Source: Thermoplasmata archaeon
Lineage (GTDB): Archaea > Thermoplasmatota > Thermoplasmata > Lutacidiplasmatales > UBA184
Assembly (NCBI GenBank): GCA_021819135.1
Contig: JAKASE010000008.1
Location: forward strand, 3,243-67,242
Reading direction: 5' to 3'
Length of the DNA: 64,000 nt
Part shown: positions 35,646 to 45,777 of the stretch, piece by piece
How positions within the stretch are numbered: position 1 is the first letter of the stretch
How the letters are laid out: each line of letters begins with the position of its first letter
Notes under the pieces: model-generated
Databases searched by the model: none
Seen by the model: only the letters and a program-made list of their open reading frames with translations
What the model was told of the DNA's origin: nothing
Translations under genes and position numbers: made by a program

Positions 35646-36392
35646 ATGACCGATGCGCTGTATCTGACGGACGCCTACCTCCGAGAGTTCGACGCGCGGG
35701 TCGTTTCCGACTCCGAGCACGGCCTCGTGCTCGACCGCACGGCGTTCTATCCGGCCGGCGGCGGCCAGCCGGCGGACTCCGGCTCGCTCCGAGGGCCGGA
35801 CGGGGTCGTGAGCCGGGTGGTCGATGTGCGCAAGGCCCCCGAAGGGATCGTGCACGTCCTCGAATCGCCGTCCCCGCGGAACCCGGGCACGTCGGTCGCC
35901 GGCGCGATCGACTGGGAGCTCCGGCTCGCCCACATGCGGCTGCACACGGCGCTCCACATCCTGAGCGGCGTCGTATTCCGCCGGTTCGGCAGCGGGATCA
36001 CCGGCAGCCAGATCTACCACGATCGCGCTCGGATGGACCTCGCGATCCCGGGGTTCGACCGGACCGTCGCCGAGGCGCTCATCGAGGGAGTGAACGGGGT
36101 CGTCCGGGAGGACCACCCGGTGCGCGTGCGCTTCCTCGCGCGGGCCGATGCCCTGAAGGACCCGAGCCTGGTGCGGGTCGCCCAGGAGCTGCTGCCCGAC
36201 GTCGAGACGATCCGTCTGATCGACATCGAAGGCTTCGATGTCCAGGCGGACGGTGGGACGCACGTCGCCCACACCCGGGAGGTCGGGGCGGTGCGCCTCG
36301 AGAAGATCGAGAACAAGGGATCGAAGAACAAGCGCCTCTACCTCACCGCGGGCCCACCGGACGGCGCGCCTCCCGCCGCGTCCCGCCCATGA
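35646..36392 (+). CDS. alaX: Alanyl-tRNA editing protein AlaX
   Basis: FYPAGGGQPADSG, the zinc motif HMRLHTALHIL, and GGTHV near the C-terminus. Confidence 0.9.
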   Translation: MTDALYLTDAYLREFDARVVSDSEHGLVLDRTAFYPAGGGQPADSGSLRGPDGVVSRVVDVRKAPEGIVHVLESPSPRNPGTSVAGAIDWELRLAHMRLHTALHILSGVVFRRFGSGITGSQIYHDRARMDLAIPGFDRTVAEALIEGVNGVVREDHPVRVRFLARADALKDPSLVRVAQELLPDVETIRLIDIEGFDVQADGGTHVAHTREVGAVRLEKIENKGSKNKRLYLTAGPPDGAPPAASRP

Positions 36393-36826
36393 CCGGAGAA
36401 GGCGGGACGGCTCCACCGGTCTCGGCCGCGGACCTGGTCCGCCGGCTCTACGAGTCCTATCAGCGCCGGGACTGGGAGTCGGCGGCGCGACTGCTCCATC
36501 CCGAGTCCTTTCTCGCGATGCCTTCCACCGGCGAGGAGCTCGCGGGTCGCGAGGCGATCCTGCGGTTCCAGCGGGAGTACCCCGAGCCGTGGGGGACCCT
36601 GAGCGTGAAGCGCGCGGTCGGCGAGGGCCCGATCGGCGTCGCGGAGGTGGAGGTCGTCGACCCCGCCGGACGGCGATACGCGATGGCGGCGTTCTGGCAG
36701 AGCGACGGGGAGCGCCTTCTCCGCGGCGTGGAGTACTGGGTCACCGTGGGCGCCGAGCGGCCTCCTCCGGGCCGGTCCCCCGCCTACCCGGCGGAGGCAA
36801 TGCGCTCTCGGACCGACCGCGCGTAG
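36389..36826 (+). CDS. SnoaL/NTF2-like fold protein
   Basis: LVRRLYESYQRRDWESAARLLHPE is a typical SnoaL-like N-terminal helix. The start overlaps the alaX stop (ATGA). Confidence 0.6.
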   Translation: MTGEGGTAPPVSAADLVRRLYESYQRRDWESAARLLHPESFLAMPSTGEELAGREAILRFQREYPEPWGTLSVKRAVGEGPIGVAEVEVVDPAGRRYAMAAFWQSDGERLLRGVEYWVTVGAERPPPGRSPAYPAEAMRSRTDRA

Positions 36827-36850
36827 CGGTCGCCGGGGCGCGGAAGCTCC

Positions 36851-37837
36851 CTACGCGCTCCGCACCCGCCGGATCTCAGCGGTCAGGGCGGGAACGATCT
36901 GAAAGAGGTCCCCGACCACGCCGTAGTCGGCGACCTTGAAGATCGGCGCGGTGGCGTCCGAGTTGATCGCGACGATGACGCGGGAGCTCACCATCCCCAC
37001 GATGTGCTGGATCGCCCCGGATATCCCGACGGCGAGGTAGAGCTGCGGAGAGACCGCCTTGCCCGTCTGGCCGACCTGGAGCGAGGACGGTCGCCAACCG
37101 GCGTCGGTGACCGCCCGGGAAGCGCCGACCGCGGCGCCGAGCGACGCGGCGAGCTCATCCACAAGATGGAAGTTCTCCGGGGCCCGCAGGCCCCGGCCCC
37201 CCGAGACGACGATCGACGCATCGGTGAGGCTCGGCCCGGAGCCGCTCGCGACCGGTTCCTCGGCGACGCGCTTCGGGACCCAGAGGTTCGCGGGGGGCTC
37301 GCGCGGCGCGACCGCCGTCGAACGGACATCGACCGGTGCGTCGGGCGGGGGGGCGTACGCATGGGGTCGCAGGCCCACGACCGCGCGCGCCCCATCGAGC
37401 CGGCGCGTCTCGGTCGCCCGGCCTCCGAAGATCGGGCGACGGACCTGCCAGGCACCGTCCGCCCGTTGGACCTCGGTGACCCCGGTCACCGCGGCCGCGT
37501 TCCATCGGATGCCGAGCCGGCCGACGAGGTCCCGGCCGAACGTCGTCCCCGGCACGAGCACGAGGTCGGCCCCGGCGTCGCCCGCGGCCTGCGCCACGAA
37601 CGCCGCGAGCGCCGACACCGGGGCCCGGTCGAACCGCGGGTCGGACGCGGTCCGCACGTCGGGGACCCCGAGACGGCCGAACTCCTTCGTCGCCGCGTCC
37701 GTCGACGGGCCGGCGACGAACCCGACGATCGGGGTCCCGGGTCCGGAGATCGCCCGAGCCGCCCCCACTGCCTCCGTGACCGACGGGACGAGCCGGCCCT
37801 CCCGGAGCTCGCCGACGACCAGGACCGCCCCGCTCAT
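36851..37837 (-). CDS. etfA: Electron transfer flavoprotein, alpha subunit
   Basis: C-terminal FAD-binding region SRAVTDAGWRPSSLQVGQTGKAVSPQLYLAVGISGAIQH. Confidence 0.9.
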   Translation of the reverse strand: MSGAVLVVGELREGRLVPSVTEAVGAARAISGPGTPIVGFVAGPSTDAATKEFGRLGVPDVRTASDPRFDRAPVSALAAFVAQAAGDAGADLVLVPGTTFGRDLVGRLGIRWNAAAVTGVTEVQRADGAWQVRRPIFGGRATETRRLDGARAVVGLRPHAYAPPPDAPVDVRSTAVAPREPPANLWVPKRVAEEPVASGSGPSLTDASIVVSGGRGLRAPENFHLVDELAASLGAAVGASRAVTDAGWRPSSLQVGQTGKAVSPQLYLAVGISGAIQHIVGMVSSRVIVAINSDATAPIFKVADYGVVGDLFQIVPALTAEIRRVRSA

Positions 37838-38616
37838 GGGAAGACCTTCGCCTCCTCGCGCAGCACCTTCACCAGGCGTTCCGCGGCCTCTTCGGGGGTC
37901 TTGTACTCGATCAGCTTCGCCCCCGCGCGCGGCGGGGGAAGCGCGAACGTCGTCGCCCGGCTCCGGGAGGCGTGGGCGTCGGGCGCCGGCACGGGAACCT
38001 TGTCGATCGGGGCCTTCCGGGACTTGAGGATGGCCGGTAGTTTCGCGGTGCGGGGGTCGTTCCAGGCCTGCTGGAGGCCGATCACGAGCGGGCCCGGGGC
38101 CTCCCAGGACTCCTGGAGCGTTTCGGTCATGCGGTGGAACGTGAACACGGACCGGGCCGCGTCCCAGCGAAGGTCGACCACGTACCCGAAGTCCGGCACC
38201 CCGAGCAGCTCTCCGAGAGCACCCGCCACGAGACCGGCCTCGTCGTCACCCGCCTGCTTACCGCAGAGGACGAGGTCGTGGGGCAGCGAGCGGAGGGTAC
38301 CGGCGAGCGCCCGCGCGACGTCCACGGGGTCCGGCGAGGGTTCGGCGCCGGAGTCGATCCAGGTGGCGCTGTCGCAGCCGAGGGCGACCGCCGCACGGAG
38401 CGTCTCCTCGGCACGGGGAGACGGTCCGAACGAGACGGCGCGGACCTTGCTGCCGGGGACCGACTCCTTCAGGAGGAGCGCCTGCTCGACCGCGGACTCG
38501 TCGTACCCGGTCAGGACGTACTTCACGCCCTCCGGATCGAGGATCCGCCCGTCGGGGGCCGCGCGCAGCCGCGTCTCGGGCTCGGGGACCGGCTTGATGC
38601 AGACGACGATCTCCAC
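37834..38616 (-). CDS. etfB: Electron transfer flavoprotein, beta subunit
   Basis: N-terminal VVCIKPVPE, DLVLCGKQAGDDEAG, and a 4-nt overlap with etfA. Confidence 0.9.
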   Translation of the reverse strand: MEIVVCIKPVPEPETRLRAAPDGRILDPEGVKYVLTGYDESAVEQALLLKESVPGSKVRAVSFGPSPRAEETLRAAVALGCDSATWIDSGAEPSPDPVDVARALAGTLRSLPHDLVLCGKQAGDDEAGLVAGALGELLGVPDFGYVVDLRWDAARSVFTFHRMTETLQESWEAPGPLVIGLQQAWNDPRTAKLPAILKSRKAPIDKVPVPAPDAHASRSRATTFALPPPRAGAKLIEYKTPEEAAERLVKVLREEAKVFP

Positions 38617-38628
38617 GGGCGCCCCCGC

Positions 38629-39777
38629 TCACTCGTAGGCGCGGAGCAGCTCGCGCGCGATCACCGAGCGCTGGATCTCGTTCGCCCCTTCGTAGATCTG
38701 GGTGAGCTTCGCATCGCGCAGGAGCTTCTCGACCGGGTAGTCCTTCATGTATCCGTAGCCGCCGAACGTCTGGATCGCTTCGTCCGCGACCGCGAACGCC
38801 GCGTCGGAGGCGAAGCACTTCGCGATCGACGATTCGAGCGTCCCGCGGGCCCCTTGGTCGATCGTCCACGCGGCGTGCCAGGTGAGGAGCCGTGCGGCGT
38901 GGATCGCCTGGACCATGTTGGCCAGCTTGATCTGGATCGCCTGGTGCTGGGCGATCGGCTTCCCGAACGACTGGCGCTTGAGGGAATAGGCGGCCGCATG
39001 GTCGAGGGCGGCCTGCGCGATCCCGGTCGCGAGCGCCCCGATCGGCGTCCGCGTCTGGTCCAGGGTCCGCATCGCGAGGGAGAACCCCTCTCCCTCCTCG
39101 CCGAGTCGGTTCGCGACGGGGACCTTGGCCCCCTCGAACCGGATCGTGCCGGTCGACGACGCCCGGTGCCCCATCTTCTCCTCGTCCTTGCCCGGGAGGA
39201 CCCCCTCGGTGGACCGGGAAACGACGAACGCGGTGATCCCCTTGTGGCGGCGCTCCGGGTCGACCGTCGCGAAGACCGTGTAGAGCCCGGCGTGCGGGGC
39301 GTTGGTGATGAAGCACTTCTCCCCGTCGAGGACGTAGTGGTCCCCCTCCCGGCGTGCCCGGGTACGCAGGGCCCCCGCGTCGCTCCCCCCGGACGGCTCG
39401 GTGAGCGCGAACGACGCGAGGCCGTACTGGGCGCAGAAGGGGGTCAGGAACCGTGCCTTCTGCTCGGGCGTGCCCCCGAGGAGGATCGGTTCGAGCGCGA
39501 GGCAGTTCGCGATGATGGAGGTCGTCATCCCGCCGCAGGCGTGGGCGAGCTCCTCGACGATGAGGCACTGGTCGAGCGCGCCGAGGCCGCTCCCGCCGTA
39601 CTCGGTCGGGACATTGAGATTCGTCAGGCCGAGATCGTAGGCCTTCCGGTAGATCTCCTCGGGGAACCGAGCGGTCCGGTCGGCCTCCGCGGCGTGCGGA
39701 GCCATCTCCGTACGTGCGAACTTGCGGGCGAGGTCCCGGAGGCTTTCCTGTTCCGGAGTCAGCGAGAAATCGGGCAT
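38629..39777 (-). CDS. Acyl-CoA dehydrogenase (second copy)
   Basis: [13 protein letters not shown], and the C-terminus is [17 protein letters not shown]. Confidence 0.9.
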   Translation of the reverse strand: MPDFSLTPEQESLRDLARKFARTEMAPHAAEADRTARFPEEIYRKAYDLGLTNLNVPTEYGGSGLGALDQCLIVEELAHACGGMTTSIIANCLALEPILLGGTPEQKARFLTPFCAQYGLASFALTEPSGGSDAGALRTRARREGDHYVLDGEKCFITNAPHAGLYTVFATVDPERRHKGITAFVVSRSTEGVLPGKDEEKMGHRASSTGTIRFEGAKVPVANRLGEEGEGFSLAMRTLDQTRTPIGALATGIAQAALDHAAAYSLKRQSFGKPIAQHQAIQIKLANMVQAIHAARLLTWHAAWTIDQGARGTLESSIAKCFASDAAFAVADEAIQTFGGYGYMKDYPVEKLLRDAKLTQIYEGANEIQRSVIARELLRAYE

Positions 39778-39836
39778 GGGTCCGAGGCGCGCGTGCCACC
39801 GGAACGCGCTATATCAGGGCTCGGGTCGTGGGAGGC

Positions 39837-40640
39837 ATGTCGACGGCCCGGAGGGACCGGAATCCCCTCGAGATCCGGGTCGGGGCGTTCGCCCGCATCG
39901 ACCACGACCGGGCCCGTCGGATCGGAGTGCCCGAGGTGATCCTGGGGGAAGGGAAGTCCCCGGAGCACCTCGTGGGCATCCTCGAGACCCTCCACCGCCG
40001 GCGCGTCGGAGCGCTGGTCTCCCACCCGACCGAGAGGCAGCGGGCCGCGCTCGAGGCCGCCGCCCGCGGGGGGCTCCCGGTCCGCCCGCGGGCGGGGGGA
40101 CGCCTCTGGCGGCTCTCCGGCCCGCTCGGGCCGCGATATCGCCGGGGCACCGTCGCGCTCGTCGCGGCCGGAACGAGCGACGTAGCGATCGCCGAGGAGG
40201 CCCGGGCGGTCCTCTCCGAGCTCGGGATCCGGACGGCGGTCGCATACGATGTGGGGGTCGCGGGCGTCCACCGGCTCCTCCGGGCCCTGCGGACCCTTGC
40301 CCCCCGGCATCCCGAGGTCTATCTCGCGTTCGCGGGCCGGGAGGGCGCGCTCCCCACGGTGCTCGCGGGGCTCGTGGGCGTGCCGGTGGTCGGGGTCCCC
40401 ACCTCGATCGGCTATGGTCGCGGGGGCCGCGGCGAGGCGGCCCTCAGCGCCATGCTGCAGTCCTGCGCGCCGATCGCGGTCGTCAACATCGATGCGGCGG
40501 TCCCCGCGGCGCTCTTCGCCGCCCAGTGGTTCTCGGCCCCTCCCGCGGGGCGGACGAAGCGTCGCCGGGGCGGTTCCCCCTCCTCCGTCCCTCGCCGGGA
40601 ACCGGGTCGACGGGGACAGGAGGACCGCTCCTCCCGATAG
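39837..40640 (+). CDS. larB: Nickel-pincer cofactor biosynthesis protein LarB (AIR-carboxylase-like)
   Basis: D.DR..R.G.PEVI.G.GK at the N-terminus, followed by VALVAAGTSDVAIAEEA and GREGALPTVLAGLVGVPVVGVPTSIGYG. The ATG at 39837 is preceded by GGGAGG. Confidence 0.85.
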   Translation: MSTARRDRNPLEIRVGAFARIDHDRARRIGVPEVILGEGKSPEHLVGILETLHRRRVGALVSHPTERQRAALEAAARGGLPVRPRAGGRLWRLSGPLGPRYRRGTVALVAAGTSDVAIAEEARAVLSELGIRTAVAYDVGVAGVHRLLRALRTLAPRHPEVYLAFAGREGALPTVLAGLVGVPVVGVPTSIGYGRGGRGEAALSAMLQSCAPIAVVNIDAAVPAALFAAQWFSAPPAGRTKRRRGGSPSSVPRREPGRRGQEDRSSR

Positions 40641-40677
40641 GGGACCGCGACGGAAGTCCTTTTGTGACCTTCGACGC

Positions 40678-41589
40678 GTGGGTGTGGGCGTGCCACCGCG
40701 GCCCCTGCTTTCCGACGAGGCGGAGCGCGATGAGCGGGAGGACCAATCCCGCCTCCGCGCGATCGATTCCCGGCTCGACAGCCTCTACCGGAAGCGCCAG
40801 GACCTGATCGCCGAGATGCGCCAGCTCTCCTCCGAGCAGAAGGCGCTCTACGACCGGCGCCAGGCACCCCAGGTGGAGGTCGAGCGCCTGTACGACGAGC
40901 ACGGCGCCCTCGGCCAGAAGATCGCCGGGATCCGCAACCAGCGCGAAAGGGCCCGCAAGGAGGTCGACGAGGCGGTGATCTTGCTTCGGGAGCTCAAGCT
41001 GACGTTCTCCCCGGGCGAGCGGGTGAACCCCGAGCGCCTCCGGCGGGAGATCGCCGACCTCGAGCTCCGTCAGCAGACGCGGGCCGTCTCGATCGAGGAC
41101 GAGAACGCGCTGATCGCCCTATTGCGCCAGCGGACCAAGGAGCTCAAGGAGGCGGAGGGCCGCTCGACGGTGGTGGCGGAGCACGAACGGCAGCGCAAGG
41201 AGGCCGAGCAGCGGGTGGCGGCCGCCCGCGCGAAGCTCGACGGCCTCGCGCGGGAGATGGCCGAGACCCGGACCCTTCGGGACTCTCGGATGGGCGAGAT
41301 CCGGGCGAAGCTCGAGGCGGCGGGCGGGCTCGTCGCGGAGCTGCGGGCGAAGGGGCGGGCGCGCGCCGAGGTCATGGCGAAGGTCGACGCGACGAGCCGC
41401 GAGATCATGGAGATCGAGCGGGAGGGTCGGAAGATCCTCGGCCAGATCCGTTCGCGTCGGGACGAGGCGCGCCGCACCCTGAGGACCTACACGCGTCCTC
41501 GCCGGACGTCCGAGGACATCCTCGAATCGACGGCCGAGGCCCAGCTCGAAGAGCTCCTCAAGCACGGCAAGGTCACGCTGGGCGGATAG
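40678..41589 (+). CDS. Conserved archaeal coiled-coil protein (COG1340-like)
   Basis: About 300 aa of continuous heptad-like, charged sequence ending in HGKVTLGG. The start was chosen among the GTGs at 40678, 40684 and 40690, after the larB stop. Confidence 0.65.
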   Translation: MGVGVPPRPLLSDEAERDEREDQSRLRAIDSRLDSLYRKRQDLIAEMRQLSSEQKALYDRRQAPQVEVERLYDEHGALGQKIAGIRNQRERARKEVDEAVILLRELKLTFSPGERVNPERLRREIADLELRQQTRAVSIEDENALIALLRQRTKELKEAEGRSTVVAEHERQRKEAEQRVAAARAKLDGLAREMAETRTLRDSRMGEIRAKLEAAGGLVAELRAKGRARAEVMAKVDATSREIMEIEREGRKILGQIRSRRDEARRTLRTYTRPRRTSEDILESTAEAQLEELLKHGKVTLGG

Positions 41590-41623
41590 AGAGAGAGGGG
41601 TCGTCCGCGACGATCGCCCCGGC

Positions 41624-42544
41624 TCAGTAGAACCGGACGACCGTCACCTGGAACACGAGGGTCTCGCCCACGACCTCGTGGTTGAAGTCCTGGGTGTACG
41701 TCGCGTTCCCCTGGTTCAGCGACGAGACGAGGAACTGGCTCGACCCGCAGACGGACGATCCGCTCCGGAGGGTCCCCGCGACCTGACCGACCTCCCCCGC
41801 GGTGAGGCGGTTCGTGAGCGTGATCGAGGTCGCGTTGATCCCGGTGACGACGACGGGCCAGGTGGTGCCGGGGATCGACCAGTCAAGCACCGGGAGATTC
41901 TGGACCACGACCGCGGAGGCGTTCGCCGAGTAGATCGTGTCCGTCCAGCCGTAGAGCGGGTCCGAGAAGGAGGTCCCGACCGTCGGATTGACGTTCGGGT
42001 AGCTCTTCGCGAACGCGGTGGCGTTCATCGTCACGAACGTGGGGACGGTGGACTGGAGCGGGGCATAGCGGAAGCAGGCCGGGTTGGGGCTGCCATACCC
42101 CTGGCTCGGGGGGATCGAGATCCAGGTCGTCTGGTTCGCCCGGAGGCCGACGAGCCCCTGCCAGAAGCCGGTCACCACGGTCCCGAACGTGAGCCCCCCG
42201 ATCGAGTAGCTCCCCGAGGCGCCGACGTGGACCGGGAGGGGGGTGTAGTTCGCCTCGGAACGCATGGAGAACTCCGCCGACTTCGGGAAGTTCACATTGT
42301 CCCGCGCGACGGAGTAGAGCGAGGTGTCGAAGGTCCGCCCCGTCTGGGGGCCGCTCCCGAACTCGCCGATGTAGTTCACCGTGACGTTGTCCCCGATCTG
42401 GACGGTCAGGACGGGGCTGCCGGACTTCGGGTGGTTGTACTCGTAGAGGAACCCGGCTCCCGTCCCGGCGCCCGCGACCACGAGGACGACAAGGATGAGG
42501 GGGATGAGCCGGGAAGGACGGGGTTCAGCCATGGTCGTGCGCAC
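41624..42544 (-). CDS. Membrane-anchored FKBP-type peptidyl-prolyl isomerase with a C-terminal beta-rich extension
   Basis: N-terminal TM helix, then VTVNYIGEF..G.TFDTS and GFWQGLVGLRANQTTWISIPPSQGYG, which are FKBP signatures. Confidence 0.7.
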   Translation of the reverse strand: MRTTMAEPRPSRLIPLILVVLVVAGAGTGAGFLYEYNHPKSGSPVLTVQIGDNVTVNYIGEFGSGPQTGRTFDTSLYSVARDNVNFPKSAEFSMRSEANYTPLPVHVGASGSYSIGGLTFGTVVTGFWQGLVGLRANQTTWISIPPSQGYGSPNPACFRYAPLQSTVPTFVTMNATAFAKSYPNVNPTVGTSFSDPLYGWTDTIYSANASAVVVQNLPVLDWSIPGTTWPVVVTGINATSITLTNRLTAGEVGQVAGTLRSGSSVCGSSQFLVSSLNQGNATYTQDFNHEVVGETLVFQVTVVRFY

Positions 42545-42678
42545 GACAGAGGTGGGTGGGGGTCAGCTCGTCGCTGGTCTCGTCACGCGTTCGGAGAGAC
42601 AGGTGTTCCTCATTCCCCCACGCCCCCAGCCGGGGGCTGATATAAATCCTCGCGCGCGAGACACGGGTCCCCGCTCCG

Positions 42679-43599
42679 TCACGAGCGGCGGAGCTTTCCG
42701 ACGATCGGCTCCTCGACCACGCCCTCCTCCTCGAGGCGGCTCAGCACCGCCTCCGCGCGGTCGGAGGCGATCCCGCGGGCGGCGACCCGGCCGAGGAGCT
42801 CCTTGAGATCGGCGTACCCGTCGGCCGAGACCTCGGCGATCTCGTCCAGCTGGTCCAGGAACGCCGACTCCTCGGCCCGCTCGGCGGCCGACGGCGGGGG
42901 CGGAGCGGTCCGGGGCGGCGGCGCGCGGACGACCGTGACCGAGGGCGGGGCGCCGATCGACGACGCCACCGGGCCGGATTCGCCGGCGACCCGACGGACC
43001 GCGGCGCGGAGCTCCCGCCGGAACGCGGCCCGATCGACCGAGGGGTACCGATGCAGCGCGTCGCGGGCGGCCCGCACCCAGGGCGGCGGGATCCCCTCGC
43101 CCTGGAGCGCCTCGTCGGACACCGACGGGCCCTTCTCGACCCGTTCGACGAGGTCGAGCCGGTCGAGCGTCTGACGGATGACGTCCCCGAGGACCGCCCG
43201 CTCGTCGGCCTCGGCGACGTAGCGGACCCCCTCCGCGCGGACCGACACGTAGCCGACGCCATCGCGTCCTCGGTAGAGGTGGACCTTCCCGACCACGATC
43301 GCCGGGCGCGGGGCGGTCGACGCGCGGAGCTGGGCCATGGCACGGGGCTGGAACGATCCCGCGGTCACCGCGACGGCGCCGGTCGGGTCGGAGAGCCGGG
43401 AACGCCAGAACGGCTGGCTCTCGTCCCGCCCGATCGGTTCAGCGGGCGAGAGCGTGCCGGCCAGGAGGACCCGGTTCATCCGTGCGCCGAACGGGGAGAG
43501 GAGGTACGAGGCGGCGCGCTCCCCCTCACCCTTCTCCTCTTCGAGGGAGCTCTCGAGCTCCCGGGCCGTTACCCGCCAGGCCGGTTCGCGACGGGTCAC
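42679..43599 (-). CDS. RPA-associated OB-fold protein (RPA32/Rpap-like) with a C-terminal winged helix
   Basis: OB-fold segment RMNRVLLAGTL...VVGKVHLYRGRDGVGYVSVRAEGV and a C-terminal wHTH-like LSRLEEEGVVEE. It has a 4-nt overlap with the upstream RPA gene. Confidence 0.7.
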   Translation of the reverse strand: MTRREPAWRVTARELESSLEEEKGEGERAASYLLSPFGARMNRVLLAGTLSPAEPIGRDESQPFWRSRLSDPTGAVAVTAGSFQPRAMAQLRASTAPRPAIVVGKVHLYRGRDGVGYVSVRAEGVRYVAEADERAVLGDVIRQTLDRLDLVERVEKGPSVSDEALQGEGIPPPWVRAARDALHRYPSVDRAAFRRELRAAVRRVAGESGPVASSIGAPPSVTVVRAPPPRTAPPPPSAAERAEESAFLDQLDEIAEVSADGYADLKELLGRVAARGIASDRAEAVLSRLEEEGVVEEPIVGKLRRS

Positions 43600-44771
43600 G
43601 GCCGTCCCTCCCCGAGACGGGCGGCGAGCTCCTCCGCCGTCGCCTCGAGGTCGATCTCCACGGGTTCGATCGACTCCGGGGTCAGCGTGACCCCGAAATC
43701 ATCCTTGGTCGCGGATCCCCGGACGCGGTAACGTCGACCGAGGAGCCGCTCGAGGATCTCCTCTTCGATCAGGCTCGTGTCGGGCCGCTCGCGGAGCCGG
43801 CGCCGGGCCTCCTCGAGAGTGATCCCCGAGAGCGTCTCGGTCTCCGCCCGGCCGGCCTGGACCGTCAGCGCGCCGGTACCGTCATCCAGCACGAGCCGGG
43901 CCCTTAGGTCGAGCTCGCCGTCCACCTGGCCGTGCACCCGGCATATCCCGCTCTTCACCGACCGGTGGCAGGTCGGACAGCGGTAGACGAGTCCGCTCGG
44001 CGGGAGCAAGCCCACGACGACGCCCTCGACCGAGACCGCGGCGCCGCCTCCCTCGTCCTCGACGCGGGCGATGGAGCGCGGCGGGGCGCGCAGCAGCTCG
44101 GTGGGGTCGGGCAGGTCCGACCCCTCGATGCGGACCACCCGGGCCCGCTCGTCGAGCACGAGCTGCGGTCGGTTGCGGAACCGCCGGACGTACGCTCCGG
44201 CGATCCGCACCGCCTCCCCGGCGGCGAGACCGAAGTCGCTCCACGAGGTGAGGGCGATCGAGCCCGTACGGTCGGCCGCGAGCCCTTCGTAGACGACCCG
44301 GCGCTCCTCCCCGACCGTCACCGGTTTCGGGGCGACGCGGACGATCCGAAGCTCGACCCGGAAGCCCTCCGAGGCGTCCGAGAGCTCGCGCACGGTGAGG
44401 AACGGGATCTCTTCCGCGTCGACACGGGGGAGCTCGGCGGCGCTCGCCGGACCGACCCGGGTCTTCCAGGTGAAGGTGAGCTCGGGTCGACCGCGGAACT
44501 CGCGGACCTCGGCCCCGACGGCGCGGAGGACGACGCCGCGTTCGATCCCTTCCCGGGGCGGGTCCCACCAGGTGAAGCGGACGCTCGCCGTGCCGTCGCT
44601 GAGCAGACCCGAGACGAGCGGCCGACGCGAGCCGTCGGCGCGCCGGGTCACTTCCCGGCGCTCGCAGAACACCACCCGTCCGACCACCTCGACCGGAGAG
44701 GAGGACGGGGCAAGGTCCTTCAACCGGACCTCGAGGACCTCGGACGGCGTCGGATCAGGGGTCGAGGGCAT
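43596..44771 (-). CDS. rpa: Replication protein A (multi-OB-fold ssDNA-binding protein with a zinc finger)
   Basis: Repeated OB-fold modules (VEVVGRVV.., VLRAVGAEVREFRGR.., VRIAGAYVRRFRNRPQL..) and CPTCHRSVKSGICRVHG. ATG at 44769-44771. Confidence 0.85.
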   Translation of the reverse strand: MPSTPDPTPSEVLEVRLKDLAPSSSPVEVVGRVVFCERREVTRRADGSRRPLVSGLLSDGTASVRFTWWDPPREGIERGVVLRAVGAEVREFRGRPELTFTWKTRVGPASAAELPRVDAEEIPFLTVRELSDASEGFRVELRIVRVAPKPVTVGEERRVVYEGLAADRTGSIALTSWSDFGLAAGEAVRIAGAYVRRFRNRPQLVLDERARVVRIEGSDLPDPTELLRAPPRSIARVEDEGGGAAVSVEGVVVGLLPPSGLVYRCPTCHRSVKSGICRVHGQVDGELDLRARLVLDDGTGALTVQAGRAETETLSGITLEEARRRLRERPDTSLIEEEILERLLGRRYRVRGSATKDDFGVTLTPESIEPVEIDLEATAEELAARLGEGRP

Positions 44772-44931
44772 GGAGCGGGACCGGGCGTCGGCAACGGTCC
44801 CTGTCCATAAAAGCGGCGCGTGAGGCCCGAACAGTGAACGGTGGTCCGGGTGCGCGGAACCGCCTCGCGGCGGCTCCAAGCCGTCGGAGGACTCACAATC
44901 TTTTTCTTCCCCGCACCATGGACGGCCGACC

Positions 44932-45777
44932 TTGGCGCTGCGATTTCACCAGAAGGTCGACCGGATACTTGCCGCCCGGAACTCGCTCGTCTGCGTCGGC
45001 CTCGATCCGGACCCAGCCCTGATGCCGAGATCGCTCCGCCGCCTCCCGCCCGGCCCCCTCCTCGACCGGTTCCTCGGAGGGATCATCCAGGCGACGTACC
45101 CCCACGCCGCGGCGTACAAGATGCAGCTCGGGGCGTACCTGCAGTACGGGGCGAAGGGGATCGAGGTGCTCTCCCGGCTCCCGAAGAAGATCGGCCCGAC
45201 GCGGCTCCGGATCCTGGACCTGAAGGCGAACGACATCCCGAACGTGATGCGGATGCATCGCGACGCCGCGTTCAAGACGTTCGGCTTCGACGCGGTGACG
45301 ATCACTCCCTGGCTCGGATGGGAGACGCTCGAGCCGTTCCTCGAGGACCCCACGCACGGAACGTTCGTCGTGGCGCACTCCTCGAACCCGGGCTCCCCGG
45401 ACTTCCAGGAGATCCCGACCCCCCGGGGGCCGCTCTGGCTCGCGGTCGTCGGCGAGGTCCGTCGTCTGGCCCACGCCCACGGGAACGTCGGCATCGTCGT
45501 GGGCGCGACGTTCTCGGAGGCGTTCCGCCACGCGCGGGGCGTCCTCGGGAACGGCATTCCAATCCTCGTGCCGGGGGTGGGGGCCCAGGGCGGGTCGCTC
45601 GCCACCGCGGTGCGCGAAGGCGTGGACGCCCACGGCCGCGCGCTCCTGGTCAACGCCTCGCGGAGCATCCTGTACGCCTCCCCCGAGAAGGACTGGAAGC
45701 GGGCCGCCGGCCAGGAGGCCGAGCGGCTGAAGACCCAGATCAACCAGCTGCGCGCAGGTCTTCGTACACCCGGATGA
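44932..45777 (+). CDS. pyrF: Orotidine 5'-phosphate decarboxylase (long, type 2)
   Basis: LVCVGLDPD, KMQLGAYL, DLKANDIPN and VPGVGAQGG. TTG start, with a T-rich TATA-like element about 27 nt upstream. Confidence 0.85.
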   Translation: MALRFHQKVDRILAARNSLVCVGLDPDPALMPRSLRRLPPGPLLDRFLGGIIQATYPHAAAYKMQLGAYLQYGAKGIEVLSRLPKKIGPTRLRILDLKANDIPNVMRMHRDAAFKTFGFDAVTITPWLGWETLEPFLEDPTHGTFVVAHSSNPGSPDFQEIPTPRGPLWLAVVGEVRRLAHAHGNVGIVVGATFSEAFRHARGVLGNGIPILVPGVGAQGGSLATAVREGVDAHGRALLVNASRSILYASPEKDWKRAAGQEAERLKTQINQLRAGLRTPG

